A stretch of DNA of 64,000 bases, from positions 736,001 through 800,000 of the forward strand of contig CBDCVR010000015.1 in NCBI GenBank assembly GCA_965223155.1. Direction: 5' to 3'. The translations under genes were made by a program, and so were the position numbers. Shown piece after piece: positions 42,761 through 53,308 of the stretch (position 1 is its first letter; every line of letters starts with the position of its first letter). The DNA comes from Candidatus Multivoradales bacterium (lineage in GTDB: Bacteria > Acidobacteriota > Thermoanaerobaculia > Multivoradales > JAHEKO01). A model generated the notes under the pieces. It had not been told where the DNA came from. It searched no databases and saw only the letters and a program-made list of their open reading frames with translations.

Positions 42761-44176
42761 GTGGGCAAGAACTTTCGCTTCTACGAGCAAGTCAATCGGA
42801 CTTTCGACCGCGCCGCCGCGCTGACCAAGCACGACCCCCGGATGCTGGACCAGATCCGGGAGTGCAACTCCGTGTATCACTTCACCTTCCCGGTCAAGCG
42901 CGACGACGGCTCGATCGAGGTCGTCCACGGCTGGCGCGCTGAGCACAGCCACCACAAGCTGCCCACCAAGGGCGGCATCCGCTTCAGCTACATGGTGAGC
43001 GAAGACGAGGTCAAGGCGCTCTCGGCGCTCATGACCTACAAGTGCGCCATCGTGGAGGCTCCCTTCGGCGGCGCCAAGGGAGGCATCAAGATCGCCGCTC
43101 ACGAGTACTCGGAAGGCGAGCTCGAGCGCATCACCCGCCGCTACACCTATGAGCTCAACAAGAAGAACTTCATCGGCCCCGGCGTCGACGTGCCCGCGCC
43201 CGACTACGGCACCGGCGCCCGCGAGATGGCCTGGATCGCTGACACCTATACCTCGATGTCGAAGGGCGAGCTCAACGCCCTGGCCTGCGTCACCGGCAAG
43301 CCCATCGCCCAGGGCGGCATTCGGGGACGGGAACAGGCGACCGGACGCGGCGTTTTTTTTGGCGTGCGCGAGGCCTGCGACGACGAGGAGCTGATGAAGA
43401 GCCTGGGACTCGCCCAGGGCATCGAAGGCAAGCGGGTCGTCATCCAGGGGCTGGGCAATGTCGGCTACTGGGCGGCGCGGATCTTTCAGGACGCGGGAGC
43501 CATCCTGGTGGGCCTGGCCGAGTACGAGGGCGCAGTCGCCAGCCCGGACGGAATGGACGTGGACGAAGTGGTGGCGCATCGCAAGGCTACCGGGTCGATC
43601 CTGGGATTTGCCGGCGCCACCGATATTCCCAACTCGGCCGAGGCGCTGGAGCTCGAGTGCGACGTCCTGATCCCGGCGGCACTGGAGAACCAGATCACTG
43701 CCGACAACGCGCCCCGGCTCGGCGCCAGGATCGTGGCCGAGGCCGCCAACGGTCCGACCTCGGCCAGCGCCGATGAGATCCTGGGCGAGCGCGGCATCGT
43801 CGTCCTGCCCGATACCTACTTGAACGCCGGCGGTGTGACCGTCTCCTATTTCGAGTGGGTCAAGAACCTCTCGCACCTGCGCTTCGGGCGCATGCAGAAG
43901 CGGTTTGAGGAAGGTGCCTTCCAGCGCCTGGTGGGAGCGCTCGAGGAAACCACGGGCAAGGCCTTCTCGATGGAAGAGCGCACGCTTCTGACCCGCGGCG
44001 CCGGTGAAGAGGATCTCGTCAACTCGGGCCTCGAGGAGACCATGGCCCTCGCCTACCAGAACATCCGGACGACCCAGACCGTCTACGACGGCAAGGCCGA
44101 CATGCGGGCGGCGGCGTTCATCACCGCCATCGACCGGATCGCCCTCTGCTACGAGGACCTGGGCTTCTTTCCCTAG
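42761..44176 (+). CDS. gdhA: Glutamate dehydrogenase (ELFV family, animal-like clade)
   Basis: KGGIRF, PFGGAKGG, DVPAPD, GLGNVG, EAANGP, NAGGVTVSYFEW. Confidence 0.93.
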   Translation: MGKNFRFYEQVNRTFDRAAALTKHDPRMLDQIRECNSVYHFTFPVKRDDGSIEVVHGWRAEHSHHKLPTKGGIRFSYMVSEDEVKALSALMTYKCAIVEAPFGGAKGGIKIAAHEYSEGELERITRRYTYELNKKNFIGPGVDVPAPDYGTGAREMAWIADTYTSMSKGELNALACVTGKPIAQGGIRGREQATGRGVFFGVREACDDEELMKSLGLAQGIEGKRVVIQGLGNVGYWAARIFQDAGAILVGLAEYEGAVASPDGMDVDEVVAHRKATGSILGFAGATDIPNSAEALELECDVLIPAALENQITADNAPRLGARIVAEAANGPTSASADEILGERGIVVLPDTYLNAGGVTVSYFEWVKNLSHLRFGRMQKRFEEGAFQRLVGALEETTGKAFSMEERTLLTRGAGEEDLVNSGLEETMALAYQNIRTTQTVYDGKADMRAAAFITAIDRIALCYEDLGFFP

Positions 44177-45273
44177 GCACTGGACGCCAGCCGCACCGGC
44201 CGCCGCCGGGCGCCCCAGTCTCCGGGCTCGGCCTCGAAGACGCCCGGAAGGCGCTCGCCGCACTCGGAGCAGTCGCCGGCCGGCCCCAGGCGCCACGCTG
44301 TCAGCTCGTAACCGTCTCGCTCGATGAGCCGGGTGCCACAGCCGCTGCACTCGGTTACGCCGCCGACCAAGTCCCGCACATTGCCGGTATAGACGTAGCG
44401 CAAGCCGTTAACCCGGGCGATCTCGCGCGCCCGGCTTAGCGTTTCGGGCGGCGTCCGGGGCTTGTCCAGCATTTTGAAATCCGGGTGAAACGCGGTGAAG
44501 TGCTGGGGCACGTCGGGCCCTAGCTCGGCGACGATCCAACGGGTCATGGCGTCGATCTCGGCCTCCGAGTCGTTCTCGCTCGGAATCAGAAGCGTCGTCA
44601 GCTCGAGCCACGCCGAGGTCTCGTGCTGCAAGTAGCGGAGCGTGTCGAGCACGGGAGCCAACTCGGCGCCGCAAACATTGCGGTAGAAGCTCTCGCTGAA
44701 CGCCTTGAGATCCACGTTGGCGGCGTCCATCGCGGCGAAGAGCTCGGCCCGGGGCTCCGGGCAGATCTCGCCCGCGGTAACCGCCACCGTTGCAATGCCT
44801 AGCTCCCGGCACGCGGCGGCGACATCGACCGCGTACTCGAGAAAGATGACCGGGTCGTTGTAGGTGAAGGCCACCGAGCGGCAGCCATGCTCGAGTGCGG
44901 CGGCGGCGATCGTCGCGGGCTCGGCCCGGTCAGCCAGGGTGTGGATCTCGCGTGACTTCGAGATGTCCCAGTTCTGGCAGAATTTGCAGAAGAGATTGCA
45001 GCCGGCGGTGCCGAAGGACAGCACCGGCGTTCCAGGCAGGAAGTGATTGAGCGGCTTCTTCTCGATGGGATCGACGCAAAAGCCGCTCGACCGGCCCCAA
45101 GTCGTCAAGACAACTTCGTCGTCCAAACGGCCGCGCACGAAGCACAAGCCGCGCTGGCCCTCGCGCAGCTTGCAGAAGCGCGGGCAAAGATCGCATTGCA
45201 GGCGGCCATCGTCGAGATGGCGCCAGTACCGGGTCGAAACGACGCTCTCGTCGCGGGAGATGTCTAGGTCCAT
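44173..45273 (-). CDS. amrS: AmmeMemoRadiSam system radical SAM enzyme
   Basis: CDLCPRFC...CFVR, DPIEKKPLNHF.PG, GCNLFCKFCQNWDIS, HFTAFHPD, C-terminal CxxC pairs. Confidence 0.92.
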   Translation of the reverse strand: MDLDISRDESVVSTRYWRHLDDGRLQCDLCPRFCKLREGQRGLCFVRGRLDDEVVLTTWGRSSGFCVDPIEKKPLNHFLPGTPVLSFGTAGCNLFCKFCQNWDISKSREIHTLADRAEPATIAAAALEHGCRSVAFTYNDPVIFLEYAVDVAAACRELGIATVAVTAGEICPEPRAELFAAMDAANVDLKAFSESFYRNVCGAELAPVLDTLRYLQHETSAWLELTTLLIPSENDSEAEIDAMTRWIVAELGPDVPQHFTAFHPDFKMLDKPRTPPETLSRAREIARVNGLRYVYTGNVRDLVGGVTECSGCGTRLIERDGYELTAWRLGPAGDCSECGERLPGVFEAEPGDWGARRRPVRLASSA

Positions 45274-45410
45274 GACATGGAGCCTCCGGCCGCCTGGAAG
45301 CCGGCGCTACTCGAACCCGAACCATCCGACTGGGTCGGACTCGGCACTAGAAACAACGGCGCCTAGAAACCGCGAATTCCTCATCTGCCTCAAAGAGGGG
45401 ACCCGACCCC

Positions 45411-45446
45411 AAAGTGAAGAGGCGCGGGGCCGGAGCCCCGCGCCTC
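45411..45446 (-). terminator. Terminator after the S8 peptidase
   Basis: GAGGCGCGGGGC-4 nt-GCCCCGCGCCTC followed by TTCACTTT on the minus strand. Confidence 0.75.
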
Positions 45447-45468
45447 AGATTCGGAAACTACGACTCGG

Positions 45469-46806
45469 CTACTGAACCGCGTTAGCAGCGTTGACCCGAC
45501 CCTTGCCGTAGAAGGGGTCGTTGCCTTTCTTGCCGAGATCGTCGGCCGACTGCTGCAGCTTGCTCTTGAGCTGACCCGCGTTGTAGCCACCACCGGCCAG
45601 AGAATCGATGAGCGCGGCGACGCCCGAGGCGTGCGGCGCGGCCATGCTGGTTCCCTGGAGGAACAGGTAGTTCGTCGGACCGCAGGTAAACGGCAGCACG
45701 AGCGAGAACGTCGAGCAGGGCGCCAGCACCGTGGAAGCGAAGACGTCGCCGTCAAAGTTCCCACCGGGCGCCGCAACACCCAGTACGGAAGATCCGTAGT
45801 TCGAGTATCCCGCGAGCTCATCGGTCGGTCCCGTCGCCGAAACGGCAAGGGTGGCACCGTTCTCGGCCGGCGTCAGGATCGAGTTGCCGTTGTGGTCGCC
45901 GTCGATACCATCGTTGCCCGCCGAAGAAACCACGAGCACGCCCTTCGAATTGGCGTAGTTCACAGCCTTATTGACCGCCGCAACCAACTCGCCAGCTCCT
46001 TCGAGGTTCTTCGGGATTCCGCCCCGAACGCCGAGGCTCATGTTGATGATGTCGGCGCCGTTGTCGGCCGCGTGCATGATGCCGGCGATGATCGCGGAAA
46101 ACGTGCCCGAGCCATTGACATTCAGCACTTTGACACCCATCAGGGTCACGTTGGGCGCCACGCAAGCGGTCCCCAGGGCGTTGCACGCGATGGTGCCCGC
46201 CACGTGCGTACCGTGATACCTGAGATCGGCAATCGGATGAGCCCCCGGAAAGAAGATGCTGATCAGGAAATCATCGAACGGCTGAAACGAGACGCTTCGG
46301 GCCAGATCCACCTTGCCCACCAGATCCTGGTGGGTGTAGTCGATGCCGGTATCCAGGACCGCAACCGTCACATTGGGATCGCCCAGCTCGACAGCCCAGG
46401 CACCCGCAGCGTCGATCTGCATCATGTTCCACTGGAACGGGTAGAAAAACGCCGTCGTCGGGTCGGTGACCGCCGCGGCGGTAAACGAAGCCTCGGCCAT
46501 CGAGCCGACCTCGCCTGGGACCCACTGCATCTCGTAATCCCGGGTCACCTGCTCGACACCCTGTGCGCCAGAAAGATTCGCCGCAAAACCAGCACTCGCC
46601 GAAGCGGCCACCGCGTAGCCGATCGCGTCGTGTGAGCGCACGATCTCACCGCCCGCGGCCTCGACGAGGCTCGCCAAGTTCCCGGACGTTCCATCGAACT
46701 TGATCACGAAGTGATCGGTGGCAACCGCCGCCTGGGCGCCTGACGGCACCGCCAGAACGCACACAGCCAGGCCAAGCGCCAAGATTCCTAGAGTCCTCTT
46801 CTTCAT
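45469..46806 (-). CDS. Secreted subtilisin-like S8 serine peptidase
   Basis: VAVLDTG, HGTHVAG, SAGN, GTSMAAPH; signal peptide and propeptide. Confidence 0.95.
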   Translation of the reverse strand: MKKRTLGILALGLAVCVLAVPSGAQAAVATDHFVIKFDGTSGNLASLVEAAGGEIVRSHDAIGYAVAASASAGFAANLSGAQGVEQVTRDYEMQWVPGEVGSMAEASFTAAAVTDPTTAFFYPFQWNMMQIDAAGAWAVELGDPNVTVAVLDTGIDYTHQDLVGKVDLARSVSFQPFDDFLISIFFPGAHPIADLRYHGTHVAGTIACNALGTACVAPNVTLMGVKVLNVNGSGTFSAIIAGIMHAADNGADIINMSLGVRGGIPKNLEGAGELVAAVNKAVNYANSKGVLVVSSAGNDGIDGDHNGNSILTPAENGATLAVSATGPTDELAGYSNYGSSVLGVAAPGGNFDGDVFASTVLAPCSTFSLVLPFTCGPTNYLFLQGTSMAAPHASGVAALIDSLAGGGYNAGQLKSKLQQSADDLGKKGNDPFYGKGRVNAANAVQ

Positions 46807-46898
46807 TGAACCTCCTTCATGGTTCCCGGCCCAGCCGCTCCCGCGCGGACCGTGATTCGCCAAAAAACCAGCTTATCGTACGCGACAGTAGGCCCTGC

Positions 46899-49800
46899 CT
46901 AGCCGCCGTTCACGAACGTAACCCAGTCCAGCATGGCCTCGTTCGAGCAGCCGAACTTGGTGTGTCCCTGACCCAGACCCTGGGCCTCGATGATCTGCTC
47001 GCACGAGCAGCCGGCGGTGTCTTCGATCGAAAAGCCGAGACCGGTTCCGTTGCCATTCGGCAAGACCGTGTCGAAGATCCCATCGCCGTCGGTCAGAGCC
47101 CAACGATTGATGCCAAGCCCATCGGTGGGCACGCCCTCCGGCAGTATTGTGCCCGGACAGACGTCCAGATCGTCGGTGACGCCGTCCTGGTCGCTGTCTT
47201 TCGCCAGGTAGAGAACGAAGCCGTCGTGGTCCGAAGACCGCAGCTCGGTGCCGCCGTCGTTGATCAGATCCACGGCGGCGTCGGCGTTGCCCCGTCCATA
47301 CAGGAAACCGCGCACCACCGGATCGGTACCGGCGCTGGTCAGAGCGTGATCCAGCACCTGCGCGTTGCCCCTGAAGATGAACGAGTACCGTTCCTCTGAC
47401 GCCACAGAGAGCACTTGCTTGGTCAAGTCGGGGTTCACCAGATCGGCGCACGGGTTGGTGTCGCAGACCAGGTTGTCGGCCGGCACGAACGAGCCGGCGA
47501 CGTGGCCGACCAGATCGACGTAGCCGTCGGTGAACTCGAAACCGTTGAAGTCGCCCACCACCATGAGCGGCGTGTCGGCATCGGCGGTCTGGAGGCCCTG
47601 AACGATCGTCGCTACCGATTCGGCCTGCTCCAGGCGCTTCTGGCGCACCCTGGGGCCGTCGGTCGCATCGTCGATGCCGCCAAGCGAGCGCATGTGGACG
47701 TTGAGCACCCGAACCGGCTGGCCAGGCAGGCCGGCGGCGACACAGCGGCCCTCGAGGAGCAGCGGCGGCCGATCGTGGAGTAGCGAGTTGTCGTACGTCA
47801 GAAGCTCCGCCGCAGCGAGCTGAGTGACGGCGTCCACCACCACCGTGTCGCGCACCAGAAATCCAACGTCGATGCCGCCGACGTCGTTGCCCTCGGCCAG
47901 CTCGGCGCTGTAGACAACGGCCGGATCCACAAGCGCGATCTCGGCCGCCAGGTCTTCGAGCACGCCGAGCTTTTCGGCCTCCTGGACCGCCAGAACGTCC
48001 GGCGCGTCCAGGACGCCCAGGATGTAGCCGGCGAACTTGGTCAGGCGCCGCTGATACTCGGCGGCCGAGACCACCTGCTCGCCCCCGTCGTCGGTGTCGT
48101 CAAAGAGCCGGAAGAGATTGAGCGAGCCGACCGTCATCTCACCGTCGCCGCGTGGATCCACGGGCACCGGCAAGACCGCTTCGACCACGGAAAAATCCGT
48201 CGGCCACAGCTCGTAGCCTCCGAACTCGAAGCCCAGAACGCCGGTAGCGCTGAACGACGAGCCAGCCGGGATCGTCTGATTGGCCAGCCCCATCTTGTCC
48301 GGATCGAGCTCGAAGATCTCGGGGTTGCCGTCCCAGACCGGGAAGCCGGCCAGGCCCGGGTACTCGATGCCAGGCTCGCGAAACGTTCGAGCCGGCGCCG
48401 CGGTGATGAAGACCTCGGCGATCGGGTCGGGGTTGAATCGCTGGTTGGGACCGGTCACGGTGCCCGCAGCGATTTCGATCAGCATGCCCTCGTAGCACTC
48501 ATACTCGATGGCGCAGCTCGAGGCCGTGGGATCGGGCGAGGGCACGGTCGCGTCAAAGACGACCGCAGCCGGCATCGGCTCGGCGCCGCCCCCGATCTCG
48601 ACCAGCGAACCACCGGCGAACTCGGTCAGGTTGAAGAACTCATCGACGACGCCGGTCACGGTCACGGTGTCGCCGACCGCGACCGTCGGTGCCGCGCCGG
48701 TAAAGACGATGATGCCGTCCGAGGTGTCGACCGAACCGTCGCTGCGCGAGGTCGGCGTCTGGATAGCGAAGCGGTCCGGACCGACCGCGGTCACCACGTT
48801 GTCCTCGGTCCGAACGGTCTGACCGTCGAGGGCCGAGGCCGAGCCCGAGCCCTGGATGTCGTAGATCTCGACCACCGGGGCGAGCGGCGAACAGCCCGAG
48901 GTCAGCGAGGTGTTGGCGCTGCCCGGAGTGATGCAGGCGTTGCCGAGGTCGACGTTGTTCTGATCGGTGTCGCTGCCGTCCGGGAAGCGGCCGATGCCGC
49001 GGTAGTCCTGGCCTGAGGAGCCCGAGTCAAAGAGACCGGCGCCCGAGCCCTCGGTATACGGCGCGCCGGTGTTGCCTTCGTAGCTCACCGTGTCGAGCAC
49101 CGTTCCTCCCAGAACCAGGGCGACCGCGTCGGGGCCGTTCTGGATCAGGTTCGAGCTGGGACTCGCATCCAGATCGCAGTTGGCGACATTCGCGGCGTTG
49201 CCGCAGATGACGAAATGCTCTCCGGCCCCAAGGGTCACGCTCGGCAGAGGAATGGTGTTGTAGACCACCGCGCCGCCGCCCGAGCCGTTGACTAGAACCA
49301 GGTCGATTCCGCTGAGGTCCTGGTCCCCGGTACCGGTGTTGAGGATCTCCACGAACTCGGCCGTGTCGCTACCCGGCTGGTCGTAGTCGATCTCGTTGAT
49401 CACCAGGTTGGGCGGAGCCACCGATGGGCACGAGCTTGTGGCCGTGGTGTTGACCGCGCCCGGGGTGGCGCACACGAACGAAAAGTCCACATTGTTGACG
49501 TCGGTGTCGAGTCCATCCGGAATCCTGGAGATGCTCTTGTTGTCGTTACCGCTCGAGCCCGAGTCGAAGAGCCCGGCGCCCGAGCCCTCCGTATACGGAG
49601 CTCCGGTGTCGCCTTCATAGCTCACCGTGTCCAGTATCGAGCCCGCTGACGTGAGCGCCACGGCGTCGGGACCGCCGTTCTGAATCGAGTTGAGGACCGC
49701 CAGGTCGCAATTGATGACTGTCGCGGCATCGCTACAGACGACGTAGTACTCGCCCGGAGCCAAGGTCACGCCCGGCAAGGCGACCGATTGGTAGATCGAG

Positions 49801-51158
49801 GCGCCGCCGCCGGTGCCGTTGACGAGTTCGAGAGTGACGCCGGAAAGACTCACGTCAACCGCGTCGTTGTTGCGGATCTCGACAAACTCGGCGGTGTCGA
49901 AGCTGGGCTGGTCATAGTCGATCTCGTTGATGACCAGCGCGCCGCCGCCCGGACCACCGCCACAAGCGTTGGCGGCACCCGGCGTGTCGTCGCCGCCGGA
50001 CGGGTCAAAGGCGCCGATCTCGAAGCCGCTTGGGCACTCGTAGACGTGGGCCGGCACAAAGCTTCCGTCCGGACCGACGGAATCGGCACAGTAGGTCAAG
50101 TCGCCCGAGCCAACGGTTTCGATCAGGGCCACGCAATCCACGATCTCGGACCACGGAGTGGTGTCGAACGACCCGTCGTCGTTGGTGTCCAGATCGCTGC
50201 CGTTGGCGCCGGTGAAATCCCGAACCACCAGATGGGTGACGTTGTCCGAGTTCTCAAAGTCGAGCGAAGTCGTCAAATCTGCGGTGCCGATCGTGAACGT
50301 GCTTTCAGCGGCCACGAAGAAGCCGCCCGCGGGAACCGCCGAACCGGTCAGATCCACGACGGCTTCGATGACGCCGCTGCCGCCGGTGCCGTCACCCACC
50401 ACGAGATACGTCAGGCCATCCAGAGGATCGCCGGCGTCGCCGGCAAGCTCGAAGTATTCGTCGTTGTCCGAGCTGGGCTGGTCGATCCGGATCTCGTTGA
50501 TCGAAACCACCACCTGTCCGCACGAGTTGGCCGCACCCGGAGTGTCGTCACCGCCGGACGGGTCGAAGGCGCCGATCTGGAAGCCGCCCGGACAATCCAT
50601 GACATGGGCCGGCACGAAGCTGCCATCGGGACCGACCGAGTCGGCACAGTAGGTCAGGTCCCCCGATCCCACCGTTTCAATCAAGGCTACGCAGTCGAGG
50701 ACCGCCGACCAGGGCGTCGAATCCAGCGTCCCGTCGTCGTTGGTGTCGAGGTCGTTGCCGACGGCGCCAGCGAAGCCATCCACGAGCATGTGGGTGACGT
50801 TGTCCGAGTTCTCGAAGTCGAGCGAGGTCGTGAAATCGGCCGTGCCGATCGTGAACGTCCCCTCGGCCGCGACGAAGAAGCCGCCGCCGGGAACCGCCTG
50901 GCCGGAAAGATCGACCACCGCTTCGACCACACCGCTACCACCGGTGCCGTCGCCGATGACGACATAGCTCATGCCGGTCAAGTCGGTGCCCGGCGAGGCG
51001 GCGAGCTCGAAGTACTCGTCGTTGTCGGTGCTGGGTTGATCGATCCGGATCTCGCTGATCGAGACCTGGGCGGCAAGCGGGCCAGCAGCCAACGCCGCTA
51101 CGGCCGCGAGTCCGAGAACCGTCGTTCCGAAAGAGAGTCGACCCCGTATCTGCTTCAA
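46899..51158 (-). CDS. Large secreted lamin-tail-domain / OB / EEP extracellular nuclease (ExeM/NucH-like)
   Basis: I(N/S)EI..DQP..D..E(Y/F) x4; IYDIQG; YEGML; AVQE, GDFN, LDH, SDHD; TTG at 51158 with GGAGG RBS. Confidence 0.88.
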   Translation of the reverse strand: MKQIRGRLSFGTTVLGLAAVAALAAGPLAAQVSISEIRIDQPSTDNDEYFELAASPGTDLTGMSYVVIGDGTGGSGVVEAVVDLSGQAVPGGGFFVAAEGTFTIGTADFTTSLDFENSDNVTHMLVDGFAGAVGNDLDTNDDGTLDSTPWSAVLDCVALIETVGSGDLTYCADSVGPDGSFVPAHVMDCPGGFQIGAFDPSGGDDTPGAANSCGQVVVSINEIRIDQPSSDNDEYFELAGDAGDPLDGLTYLVVGDGTGGSGVIEAVVDLTGSAVPAGGFFVAAESTFTIGTADLTTSLDFENSDNVTHLVVRDFTGANGSDLDTNDDGSFDTTPWSEIVDCVALIETVGSGDLTYCADSVGPDGSFVPAHVYECPSGFEIGAFDPSGGDDTPGAANACGGGPGGGALVINEIDYDQPSFDTAEFVEIRNNDAVDVSLSGVTLELVNGTGGGASIYQSVALPGVTLAPGEYYVVCSDAATVINCDLAVLNSIQNGGPDAVALTSAGSILDTVSYEGDTGAPYTEGSGAGLFDSGSSGNDNKSISRIPDGLDTDVNNVDFSFVCATPGAVNTTATSSCPSVAPPNLVINEIDYDQPGSDTAEFVEILNTGTGDQDLSGIDLVLVNGSGGGAVVYNTIPLPSVTLGAGEHFVICGNAANVANCDLDASPSSNLIQNGPDAVALVLGGTVLDTVSYEGNTGAPYTEGSGAGLFDSGSSGQDYRGIGRFPDGSDTDQNNVDLGNACITPGSANTSLTSGCSPLAPVVEIYDIQGSGSASALDGQTVRTEDNVVTAVGPDRFAIQTPTSRSDGSVDTSDGIIVFTGAAPTVAVGDTVTVTGVVDEFFNLTEFAGGSLVEIGGGAEPMPAAVVFDATVPSPDPTASSCAIEYECYEGMLIEIAAGTVTGPNQRFNPDPIAEVFITAAPARTFREPGIEYPGLAGFPVWDGNPEIFELDPDKMGLANQTIPAGSSFSATGVLGFEFGGYELWPTDFSVVEAVLPVPVDPRGDGEMTVGSLNLFRLFDDTDDGGEQVVSAAEYQRRLTKFAGYILGVLDAPDVLAVQEAEKLGVLEDLAAEIALVDPAVVYSAELAEGNDVGGIDVGFLVRDTVVVDAVTQLAAAELLTYDNSLLHDRPPLLLEGRCVAAGLPGQPVRVLNVHMRSLGGIDDATDGPRVRQKRLEQAESVATIVQGLQTADADTPLMVVGDFNGFEFTDGYVDLVGHVAGSFVPADNLVCDTNPCADLVNPDLTKQVLSVASEERYSFIFRGNAQVLDHALTSAGTDPVVRGFLYGRGNADAAVDLINDGGTELRSSDHDGFVLYLAKDSDQDGVTDDLDVCPGTILPEGVPTDGLGINRWALTDGDGIFDTVLPNGNGTGLGFSIEDTAGCSCEQIIEAQGLGQGHTKFGCSNEAMLDWVTFVNGG

Positions 51159-51344
51159 TCCGTCCTCCTTCACTGAAGCTCAACTGTGCCGCCGACCCCT
51201 TCTCGACGACATTCATAACGGGCCGGCCGCACCGGCCTCTCACCGGCGTGACGATCGACCCTCTGGAGCGAACCCCGAGACTCTATCGGCCCGGCTCGCC
51301 TGGAGCAAATCGACGCTCATGCATGGGTCCGGCGCTCCGACCGC

Positions 51345-51379
51345 AAAAAAAAGCCGCCGGACTCCGGGTCCGGCGGCTT
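51345..51379 (-). terminator. Terminator after tRNA-Asn
   Basis: GCCGCCGGAC stem and T8 tract on the minus strand. Confidence 0.88.
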
Positions 51380-51387
51380 CGGATCGT

Positions 51388-51462
51388 TGGCTCCTGGGGA
51401 GGGATTTGAACCCCCGACCAATCGGTTAACAGCCGACCGCTCTACCACTGAGCTACCCAGGA
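51388..51462 (-). tRNA. tRNA-Asn(GUU)
   Basis: TCCTGGGTAGCTCAGTGGTAGAGCGGTCGGCTGTTAACCGA...GGTTCAAATCC...CCAGGAGCCA; CCA encoded. Confidence 0.97.
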
Positions 51463-51485
51463 TCGAGTAGGCGCGAGCCGCCGGA

Positions 51486-51515
51486 ATCATAGGAACCGGC
51501 CTCGCGCTTTGTCAA
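51486..51515 (-). promoter_or_regulatory. sigma70 promoter for tRNA-Asn
   Basis: TTGACA-18 nt-TATGAT with GC-rich discriminator. Confidence 0.75.
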
Positions 51516-51521
51516 TTTCGT

Positions 51522-53231
<1,710 letters not shown>

Positions 53232-53308
53232 ACTAGATCTCCAGGTGATAATCGGGCAAGTGCGTATCGGGGGGGACGGGACAGCGCTGCCGCCGGGCCA
53301 GGGCCCGA

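Noticed and set aside
45274-51387. Integrative element at tRNA-Asn
   Set aside because: No integrase, transposase or duplicated tRNA 3' end found by eye
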